Made by a program: the position numbers and the translations under genes | Shown here: piece after piece, positions 23,201 through 33,422 of the stretch | Numbering within the stretch: the stretch's first letter is position 1 | Layout: each line of letters starts with the position of its first letter | Source of the DNA: Macrostomum hystrix | Lineage: Eukaryota; Animalia; Platyhelminthes | Direction: 5' to 3' | Assembly (NCBI GenBank): GCA_950097015.1 | Contig: CATNEN010000039.1 | Coordinates: forward strand, 10,168,001-10,232,000 | DNA: 64,000 nt | Notes under the pieces: model-generated | The model's database searches: none | What the model saw: only the letters and a program-made list of their open reading frames with translations | What the model was told of the DNA's origin: nothing

Positions 23201-26200
23201 TGGCACTGCGCGGCTTCAAAGCTGACGAGCTGGGCTTCTCTGGCCGTCTTGACGGGGTGAGACTGGCTGGCGAGTGTGAGGCGACTAAAGGATCAGGGGG
23301 AGAAGGTTAAGGATGACTGAAGGATCAGGGGAGAAGGTTAGGGATGACTGAAGGATCAGGGGGAGAAGGTTAAGGATGACTGAAGGATCAGGGGGAGAAG
23401 TTTAAGGATGACTGAAGGATCAGGGGGAGAAAGTTAAGCATGACTAGAGGATCAGGGGGGAGAAGGTTAAGGATGACTGAAGGATCAGGGGGAGAAGGTT
23501 AAGGATGACTGAAGGATCAGGGGGAGAAGGTTAAGGATGACTGAATGATCAGGGGGAGAAGGTTAAGGATGACTGAATGATCAGGGGGAGAAAGTTATGG
23601 ATGACTAAAGGATCAGGGGGAGAAGGTTAAGGATGACTGAAGGATCACGGGGAGAAGGTTAAGCATGACTGAAGGATCAGGGGGAGAAGGTTAAGCATGA
23701 CTGAAGGATCAGGGGGGAGAAGTTTAAGGATGACTGAAGGATCAGGGGGAGAAAGTTATGGATGACTGAAGGATCAGGGGGGAGAAGGTTAAGGATGACT
23801 GAAGGATCAGGGGGAGAAAGTTAAGCATGACTGAATGATCAGGGGGGAGAAGTTTAAGGATGACTGAAGGATCAGGGGGAGAAAGTTATGGATGACTGAA
23901 GGATCAGGGGGGAGAAGGTTAAGGATGACTGAAGGATCAGGGGGAGAAAGTTATGGATGACTGAATGATCAGGGGGAGATGGTTAATGATGTCTATAAGA
24001 TTTAGGTCAACAATTTTCGATCAGTAACAAATAAATTGTGGAAAGTAAATAATGATAAAAAATGTGGTAGACAATAGTAGTAATTAACAATTAGTAATTA
24101 AAATATTATACTATAAGCAGACAAAAATTTAATTAACTGACCGCCCACCCCAACGTCAGTCGCACCTGCTGCAGCCAAGCGTGTTGCTGGTTCGCTGGCC
24201 TGCCCGCCCGTTCTACGTCCTGCTGCCGCAGCGCCGCCTGGTTTGGTCCGACCGACCACCGGCCCTGCCGCCGGCGCCGCTTCTCACCCGCGAGGAGGCC
24301 GAAGAGGCGGTCAGACGAGAGAATGATGCCTTCAGGGAGAGCCGGATTCGCGAGACCAGCCTGCCGTTTCTAGTGGCTTTGCAGGCCGCAGTCCGCGGCT
24401 ACCTAGTTCGTCGTCGCCTTCGAGAGCGTCGCCAACTGTACGCCAGCAGCGTCCAACAGGTTGTGGCCATTCAGCGCTGGTGGCGTCGCCAGATTCATCA
24501 TCGCCAGCTGGAGCTGCGGTTGGGCCGGTACGAGCGACACCTGCCTGTCATTGTCCGACTGCAGGCTCGGGTTCGCATGCTGCTGCATAGGCGGGCCTAC
24601 CTTGCACAGGTAGATATCTATCTTGGCTTGATCTCTCGTTTATACCCAGGAAGGGGTGATTATTCGGTGTGAGCTTCTGTATTAGAGGGTGGGAGATAGA
24701 AGTCAGATTCAATTATCGGGTATTTATTTGCCTTTTCTAAAAGTAACGATTAAAATATTAAAAGGAAAGGATTATGCAAATTAAAAGTGCGCATTTTTGT
24801 ATAGGGGTGTGGCAAATACATATTCAACAGCTCCGCCTTCAGACCTTCCACCAGAACTGTTGAATATCTTGACGGTCTGAAGGGCTGGCGACTTGATTAT
24901 TGTTTCAGAAGATGCGCTACAAAAAGTTGCAGCAATAAAAATCGTCATGGCGGAATTTCCCCTTGGTTTAAAGATGGCTGTTATTGTATAATTGGTAGGG
25001 ACTTATATAATATCGGTAGCAAAGAAAATAATACTCAGGTCATATATATAAGCTAATCTTAAATATTTATATACTCTGGCATAAGCCTTAAGACAAGTTT
25101 TCGCATCCCATTTTAGCTACTGATCAGTAGTAAAAGTGTGCGCGTTTTTTCGATGCCAAAAGATATGAAAGATAATTTACACTTGTATTATCCGAAACTA
25201 AAGCTCTTGTCTATCCGGACACCCCGCTGTCAGGTCGCGCGCTACCGCGACCTAGAGCTCGGCGTAGTGCGCATCCAAGCCTGGTGGCGCGGCTGCCGAG
25301 TCAGGCGCCAGTACCAGCGCCTGTGCGACCCCAGCCGGCCAGTGACTCTGGCCAGCCTGCGGCCGTTCCTGCAGGCCGCCGAGCACAGCTGGTCAGATTA
25401 TCACCAGGAGATCGAGTTGCTGCGGGTGCGCGCAGAAATTGTCGAAGAGATTCGCCAATGCCAGAAGGTTGAACGCCAGCTGCACGAGATGGACACGAAG
25501 ATAGGCCTGCTAGTGCGCAATCGGATCACGCTCCAGGAAGTGGTGCGGCATTCGCACCGGCTGCTGGGCGACCGCTCGGCCGGAGCCGCTTCGGCAGCTT
25601 CCGGCGCCTCCGGGACTGGCGAATCTGGCAACGCTTGCGGGTGAGATGAGAAGCCTTGAATTCTTCGGTCGTGACCTTCGTGTGACCTTGATAAGAGGGC
25701 CTAAAAGAGGGCTGCATGCGATGGCAAATCATTTGGTGACACTAGACACGCAGCCAGCGAGGAGGCAATTCTGTCCATTCCGCTGACCCCTGAGCACACA
25801 CGCACACATATACCGTACGCTCACACAGGTGTGTACATCTGCCCTGACTTTCTCATCGTCAAGCATTGTACACTCTGATCACTGTTCCCTCGAGGTTGGC
25901 CCTCAAGAGCCCAAATCGCACGCCCAATCCACCAAGCCTTCTCTCCGCGGCTGCGTGAGCTCAGTCAGTGACCTTGGTGCGAGAGGCAAACGCGTTAGAC
26001 AGCTCTGTCACTCATCCCTTGACTTTTAAATTTAAGACATGCCTCTTAACTTTAAATTTATGATGGCATTCCCTTGACCTTTAAGTTTATGCCATTTTTG
26101 ACCCGATAATTTCAATATTTACCCGTGACCTAGAAATTATTTAGGGAACTATGAACTCTAAAGTTGCACCTTCAGAAATTATAAATTATACGCTCTGCTG

Positions 26201-29200
26201 TTACAGCTCGCAGCCAACCCGCCAGCAAGCTGAGAAGGATGCCAAAAAGATTGAGCTCTACCAGCAGCTGGTGCACCTGTTGCAGACGCAGCCTGTTTAC
26301 CTGGCTAACCTGCTCCAGCTGACACCGGAGTCTCTTCCACTGTTGCAGCTGTTCAATTATCTGGAAGGCGATCGTGAGCAGTACCTCTACATGAGACTAT
26401 TCTCAGCCGCTTTGCCGCAAGAGTTGGCCAGGCTTTACCGGCCAGCCGAGGTGTTGTCGCCGGCGCCGGGACTAGCCAAGCTGCTCAGCGGCATGTCCAA
26501 GGCCGGACAGGTGATTGCCATTGTTAAAAGTAGCCAAGTTTTTATACCGAGGGGGGATGGCTGCGCCTGAATGCTTACAGCGTTGGGTGGTGACTGATTG
26601 GTTGACAGACTAGGCGAGGGTGTCCTGTGGTTGAGCTGTGCCTAATATTTAGGCTTGATCAGCGAAATCGGAGAAATTCTCGTCAGGGTGTCCACAGTGG
26701 CCTAGTTCCACCTGTTGTAGCACGTGTAGCCTGTAATGCCTGAAATTGAAAGGTCCAGCAAATCCGTCTAGATAAAGGTAGGTGACCACCGAAGTCGGAG
26801 ATAATGCAGTCACATTCGGTTGACATGCTGATAAATTTTGAAGGCCTGGCATGGCCGCACTAAGGCGCAGTGCTAATCCTTGTATGGAGGAAATACACTT
26901 GCGCTCTTCGTCTCCTTCTTTAGGCTTGCCTGTCGGCTCTGCTTCGTCCCCTAGTAGGAGCTTGTCTTCGCGACGCCGATCTGTGCGTCAACTCCAGCCC
27001 GGCCGAGGTGTACGCCATGTGGCTGGCCAAGATGGAAACAGACAGCGGCGTGCCAGCCGGTCTGCCCTACCAGGTTTAAATTTGCCACTTATTTTGATAT
27101 TTTAACTACAGGGACTCATTGTTCTACTTTAAGTAGTATCCAATGCGAATTTTTATATTAAAACTCCAGGTAACAGCTGAGCAGGCCCTAGAGCAGCCGG
27201 AAGTTCGAGCCCTATTAGATGCCAATGTTCGCTCATTGCGCCAGACTGCCGGTCAATTTGTGCGCGCTCTGACCCAGTGCCGCCTGCCTTATTCTGTTAG
27301 ACTGGCTGCCAAATGTGTGCGCGAATGCCTTGTGCCAATGCTGACCGCCGCCAACTCGGCTAGTCCTGAGAAGGACGCTATTAAGCTCACCTGCCAGATG
27401 GTGAGGTTATTTTATGGAGTTTTGTAATGCCTGAAATTGTAATTAACATATTTTATTGTAGGCTGTTAACTGCGTCAAAAATTGGGGCTCTCAACTGCGT
27501 TATAATTGGGGCTCTTAACTTTTAGAATTAGGGCTTCAACTGCGTTAGAATTGGGGCTCTTAACTGCTTTAGAATTGGGGCTTCAACTGCGTTAGAATTG
27601 GGGCTCTTAACTGCTTTAGAATTAGGGCTTCAACTGCGTTAGAATTGGGGCTCTTAACTGCTTTAGAATTAGGGCTTCAACTGCGTTAGAATTGGGGCTC
27701 TTAACTGCTTTAGAATTAGGGCTTCAACTGCGTTAGAATTGGGGCTCTTAACTGCTTTAGAATTAGGGCTTCAACTGCGTTAGAATTGGGGCTCTTAACT
27801 GCTTTAGAATTAGGGCTTCAACTGCGTTAGAATTGGGGCTCTTAACTGCTTTAGAATTAGGGCTTCAACTGCGTTAGAATTGGGGCTCTTAACTGCTTTA
27901 GAATTAGGGCTCTCAACTGCGTTAGAGTTAGGGCTCTCAACTGCGTTATAATTGCGGCTCTCTACTGTTAAAGTAAGAATTAGTTACATAAAGTGTAAAT
28001 TGTTTTCAAAGAATTAAACAATTTTCCCAAATCCCCAGGTGATCACACGCTTCATCAGTCCGATGCTGGCCTCTCCGGAGTCGCACGACGTCATCGACGA
28101 TGCCAGCCTGCTGCCGCTGAAGCCGGAGCAGCGGCGCACTCTAGGCAGCGTGGCCAAGATGCTGCAGCTGGCTGCGGCCAATAAAGGCTTCGGCGCCGAG
28201 AGCTGCGCCCATCTGCACTGCCTGAATCGCAGCCTGCGCGAGTGGCACCAATCGCTGAGGGATCTGTTGCTAACCGAGTGCAGAGAGACGGCCGATCCTG
28301 GTGCCGAGTTTGACATGGACGAGTATAGCGAGATGGCCCGGCTAACGGTGCCCACACTGCACATCTCCGCCGATGATCTGCAGGTGAGTCACTGGTTTTA
28401 TCGAATATCACTAAGGTCGGATATCGTTGGTTAGCTTAAAGCACAATTTTAATCCTTGCTTGTAATAATGGGGGCTGCAGCCTGTTCCAATTTGTGTCCT
28501 TTAGCAAGTCATTTTAAATGCTTCCTTGCTTCAGTTCACAGTTCACCTAGTTATTAAATAGGTTCACCTAGACATTGGGTCTTTGCTGCTGGGTGGACAT
28601 TGGGTCTCTGCTGCTAGGTGGACATTGTGTCCATGCTGCTGGGTGGACATTGGGTCTCTGTTGCTAGGTGGACATTGTGTCCCTGCTGCTGGGTGGACAT
28701 TGTGTCCATGCTGCTGGGTGGACATTGGGTCTCTGCTGCTGGGTGGACATTGGGTCTCTGCTGCTGGGTGGACATTGTGTCCCTGCTGCTGGGTGGACAT
28801 TGTGTCCCTGCTGCGGGGTGGACATTGGGTCTCTGCTGCTAGGTGGACATTGGGTCTCTGCTGCTGGGTGGACATTGTGTCCCTGCTGCTGGGTGGACAT
28901 TGTGTCCCTGCTGCGGGGTGGACATTGGGTCTCTGCTGCTAGGTGGACATTAGGTCTCTGCTGCTGGGTGGACATTGTGTCCCTGCTGCTGGGTGGACAT
29001 TGTGTCCCTGCTGCTGGGTGGACATTGTGTCCCTGCTGCTGGGTGGACATTGTGTCCCTGCTGCTGGGTGGACATTGTGTCCCTGCTGCTGGGTGGACAT
29101 CGGCTCTCTGCTTGTGCTCCTGGACGAGGGCTAAAATTTCTTGTAGGGGGCGTAAGAACTCAGATAGAAATATAAACAATTGCCTTTCAGACTCTGCACC

Positions 29201-30763
29201 TGGACCTGTTGGAGATGCGGCCTAGCATCACTGATTCAGCCGATCCTCTGGCCGAAATTCTTGACGAACTGGAGCGCTCGGCTGACGGCGCCCGACCGTT
29301 GCTAGCTGCTGCTTCTTCAAGCTCGCAGCAACAGCAGCAGCAGGCAAGTCGAGTTACTCTGCACCTGGCGCCGCGTCACGATCCCCTCGACCTGGACTAC
29401 CTGAGCGAGCAGACCGGGCCGGCAACTCTAGCCCTGCGCACCAAGCGTCTACTTGTTGATATCCTACTCAGTTGCCATGGCGACCAGCCGTTGGACGCCC
29501 TACTCCGATCCGCGTCCACGCCAGCCGAGGAGCGCCGTCATGAGCTGCTGTTGAAATCGCGGGAAAGACTCGAGCGTCAGGTGCGAACTGGCACTGGCTG
29601 GCGCTCCCGCTCTAACCTGAAGGAGGGCGGCCTGCCGTTGGACGCTAAAAAGTCTCGAGTGTTGGAAGCTCTTGATAGGCTGGCTGTTGACGACGGCGGC
29701 AGCGGAAACTCCACCTGGTCGGTGGACCGGCTCCTGCGCGATCTGGCTGACGATATCAGGCAGTGGCACGGCAAACGGGCGAGGAGGAGACAGGAGTTGG
29801 CCAGGCTGTATGCCACCAGACAGAGGCTGGCCTGGAAGCGGCGATTCCAGGAGGAGCAGGCCGATTACTATGCTCGGTGAGTTCAGGGTAGACTCTGATT
29901 GGCTGGTGGGTGGGTCGACTGGCGGTTGTCACTGATTGGCTATTGGGTGGGCTGGACTGGAGGTTGTTACGGATTGGCTATTGGGTTTGGCGGACTGGAA
30001 GTTGTCACGGATTGGCTATTGTGTGGGGCGGACTGGCTGTTATCAGTGATTGGCTATTGGGTGGGTGGACTGGCTGTTATCAGTGATTGGCTATTGGGTG
30101 GGTGAACTGGCTGTTATCAGTGATTGGCTATTGGGTGGGTGAACTGGCTGTTATCAGTGATTGGCTATTGGGTGGGTGAACTGGCTGTTATCAGTGATTG
30201 GCTATTGGTTCAAGTGGACTGGTGGTTGTCACTGATTGGCTGGCTAATAAGTTGTTTTTTATTTTTAAGGTTTGAATGTTCTTGTCTGTCTACTATATTA
30301 GTAGAGACTTCGAGAATTGTTAGCGTTTTCTCCACCTTTTTCCAGCTACTGTCAGGCGTGCGTCCGCGGTCAGCACACTCTGGCTCGCAGCTCGGTTGCC
30401 AGCAGCGGCAGCGCCAACGTGAGCCTCGGCGGTCGCAGCTCCAGCGCCGCCTCTGCTGCCGCTGGCTGCCAGGTGAAGTACACGGCCGCCGAGCTGCACA
30501 AGCGCGGCATAGTTCAAGAGATTGACGGCCTCAGTCAGGGTCAGTATCGCAATCTGCAATTCGAAATGACCGAAATTGGCGACGGCGTCTTCGAGGTTGT
30601 GGCCAGATTCATGGGCGTGCTGATGGACCGGGTTGAGCTCACTCTGCAGGAACTGCTACGCCTACAGCACGAGGGAGCGGCCACTATTCACGTGTTTAAT
30701 AGGGCGCGAGTGAATGTCAACCTGCTGCTGCACCTCATTAATAAGAAGTTCTACAGCAAGTAG
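20294..30763 (+). CDS. IQGAP: Ras GTPase-activating-like protein IQGAP, 12 exons, about 1692 aa
   Basis: join(20294-20902,21582-21797,21887-22285,22393-23256,24160-24609,25234-25640,26207-26510,26924-27073,27170-27400,28039-28383,29191-29876,30346-30763), in phase. CH domain (AYQYLCRLEEA, FRHTDNIN, PETTDIYDGRNMPKLVYCLHAL), IQ motifs (LQAAVRGYLVRR, IQAWWRG), MDTKIGLLVRNRITLQEV, RasGAP-related domain, and C-terminal KYTAAELHKRG...VNVNLLLHLINKKFY. Confidence 0.95.
20975..21445 (+). repeat. ~23-bp minisatellite in IQGAP coding intron 1
   Basis: Alternating CCACCAAGTCTTCAGGGCTGCTT / CCATCGAGCCTTCAGGGCCGCTT. Confidence 0.85.
23285..23990 (+). repeat. 32-33-bp G-rich minisatellite in IQGAP intron 4
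   Basis: Tandem GGATGACTGAAGGATCAGGGGGAGAAGGTTAA. Confidence 0.95.
27465..27965 (+). repeat. 47-bp (24+23) minisatellite in IQGAP intron 9
   Basis: TGCGTTAGAATTGGGGCTCTTAAC-TGCTTTAGAATTAGGGCTTCAAC tandem. Confidence 0.95.
28489..28553 (+). mobile_element. SINE core fragment related to the 14350-14555 element
   Basis: AATTTGTGTCCTTTAGCAAGTCATTTTAA...GTTCACCTAGTTA aligns with AATTTGTGCCCTTTAGCAAGACACTCTTAA...GTTCACCCAGCTA. Confidence 0.55.
28570..29110 (+). repeat. 25-bp minisatellite in IQGAP intron 10
   Basis: Tandem GGGTGGACATTGTGTCCCTGCTGCT. Confidence 0.95.
29897..30240 (+). repeat. 37-bp minisatellite in IQGAP intron 11
   Basis: Tandem GATTGGCTATTGGGTGGGTGAACTGGCTGTTATCAGT. Confidence 0.9.
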
Positions 30764-30964
30764 AATGCTTGTAGCAGTCATCGATTGATTCACTGAATCG
30801 CTGCCTGTAAATCTACATCACTCCCTATTAATTGCACAGTAATTTATTATTTGCACAAAGTGACAGCCCGTAACTTGTTACTCAAATTGATTACACAGAT
30901 CGACTATCTGTAGTCTGACACTCAATTAATTATTAGACTGTAATTTGTCACTGCTAATAAATTT

Positions 30965-31547
30965 TACAGACTGACAGGCTGTAGTGTGTCACTCCTATGT
31001 AGTTACTCAGAGTGACAGGCTGGCTGTAGTGTGTCACTCCTAATTAGTTACACAGAGTGACAGGCAGGCTGTAGTGTGTCACTCCTAATTAGTTACACAG
31101 AGTGACAGGCTGGCTGTAGTGTGTCACTCCTAATTAGTTACTCAGAGTGACAGGCTGGCTGTAATGTGTCACTCCTAAGTAGTTACTCAGAGTGACAGGC
31201 TGGCTGTAGTGTGTCACTCCTAATAAGTTAGACTAAGTCTATTACTGCTCATTGGTTATGCAGAGTGACAGGCTGTAGTGTGTCACTCCTAATAAGTTAG
31301 ACTAAGTCTATTACTGCTCATTGGTTATGCAGACTGACAGGCTGTAGTGTGTCAGTCCTAATAAGTTAGACTAAGTCTATTACTGCTCATTGGTTACACA
31401 GAGTGACAGGCTGTAGTGTGTACTCCTAATAAGTTAGACTAAGTCTATTACTGCTCATTGGTTACACAGACTGACAGGCTGTAGTGTGTCACTCCTAATA
31501 AGTTAGACTAAGTCTATTACTGCTCATTGGTTATGCAGAGTGACAGG
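30965..31547 (+). repeat. 45-bp then 69-bp hairpin-containing tandem repeats downstream of the IQGAP polyA signal
   Basis: Units contain GAGTGACA...TGTCACTC; the 69-mer adds TAGACTAAGTCTA. AATAAA at about 30956. Confidence 0.9.
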
Positions 31548-32309
31548 CGCCCCTTCATCTATTTATGCATGCAATCAGTAGTGCCATGTTTAACTAGCTA
31601 TTACACTTTGTCCCAAAATTTTACAGCCTTATCGAATTTGTTATCAAAGTAGTCAATTTTCACATTTATCCCATTATTCCCCGTGCGCAATATCAGTTAA
31701 AGTCCCTATCACGGTGCATTAAGTGACTGCAAACTAACTACTGTAAGATTTATTCGTCAACCATAATCTTTATGTCATTGGCTTTCAATTTTTATTGACG
31801 CCGTTTAATTTCATTTACAGGAAGCATTTAGTGTTTAAGCTGCGAAATAAAACTACATTTTTTTACAAAACAACAAATCAAATTTTACTTTCTAATCTGT
31901 ATAACTTTTTGCGTTTATTAAAATTGAAGCATTTTATTATACATTTTCAGTGTGCTAAGCATATTACTAATTTATTTTATACCGACACGTATAATTCCAA
32001 CGTGGTGCTACATATTCTGCACTTTAATACCGTAATTCTATCTCCGTAATGACGTTTTTATCTAGCGCATTTTATAGTCCAGTCACTTGGTTTTTGTGCT
32101 TTAACTAAATTTTCTTTACTTTACATTTTTATTGCCAATATTAGCTTATAATTAATTAAATATATCCCTTATATTTGCATATAATATTGTCGGTGTAGCC
32201 AAAATATGCCATAAATTGATTAACGGGCGCCAGTAACATCACACTGTCATCAGTGGTTCACCATTTTTTCGGAGTCAATCAATTTAGTAGACAACTGTAT
32301 TAAAATCCA

Positions 32310-33245
32310 GTCTTCCGCTCTCATTGTCCACCTTTCCGCCCCCACTTTCTTGTCTTCCGCCCTAATTGTCTACCTTTCCGCCCCCACTTTCTTGTCTTCC
32401 GCCCTAATTGTCCACCTTTCCGCCCTCATTGTCCACCTTTCCGCCCCCACTTTCTTGTCTTCCGCCCTAATTGTCCACCTTTCCGCCCTCATTGTCCACC
32501 TTTCCGCCCCCACTTTCTTGTCTTCCGCCCTAATTGTCCACCTTTCCGCCCTCATTGTCCACCTTTCCGCCCCCACTTTCTTGTCTTCCGCCCTAATTGT
32601 CCACCTTTCCGCCCCCACTTTCTTGTCTTCCGCCCTAATTGTCCACCTTTCCGCCCCCACTTTCTTGTCTTCCGCCCTAATTGTCCACCTTTCCGCCCCC
32701 ACTTTCTTGTCTTCCGCCCTAATTGTCCACCTTTCCGCCCCCCCACTTTCTTGTCTTCCGCCCTAATTGTCCACCTTTCCGCCCCCCCACTTTCTTGTCT
32801 TCCGCCCTAATTGTCCACCTTTCCGCCCCCACTTTCTTGTCTTCCGCCCTAATTGTCCACCTTTCCGCCCTTATTGTCCACCTTTCCGCCCTCATTGTCC
32901 ACTTTCTGCTCCCACTTTCTTGTCTTCTCCCCTCATTGTCCATTTTTCCGCCCCCGCTATTTCTGTCTTATTTATTCTTCCGCCCCACTCTATATTCTTC
33001 CGCCCCCTTCTATATTCTTCCGCCCCCTTCTATATTCTTCCGCCCCCTTCTATATTCTTCCGCCCCCTTCTATATTCTTCCGCCCCCTTCTATATTCTTC
33101 CGCCCCCTTCTATATTCTTCCGCCCCTTCTATATTCTTCCGCCCCCTTCTATATTCTTCCGCCCCTTCTATATTCTTTCGCCCAATCTATATTCTTCCGC
33201 CCCCATTTTATATTTTCCGCCCCTACACAATCCGTCTTCCGCCCC
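32310..33245 (+). repeat. C-rich TTCCGCCC-based minisatellites (21/42/63-bp, then 20-bp) upstream of cathepsin C
   Basis: CTTCCGCCCTAATTGTCCACCTTTCCGCCCCCACTTTCTTGT units, then CGCCCCCTTCTATATTCTTC units. Confidence 0.9.
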
Positions 33246-33422
33246 AGTACTATTCCGCTCCACTATGTCAGATGACTAGGTAGAGACGGATAATTTATTA
33301 CGAGTTATGTCGTTTTTAGAACATTGAAAGCAGCTTCCGTGCTTTTAGAGAAAGTTATGCAGAGAGAGTGAGATTTCCTATTACCTGTTTATAATTTGCA
33401 GCAATTACCAGTTCGCACAGCA

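Noticed and set aside
28564-29225. Cys/Trp-rich multi-frame ORFs
   Set aside because: Products of the 25-bp minisatellite in IQGAP intron 10.
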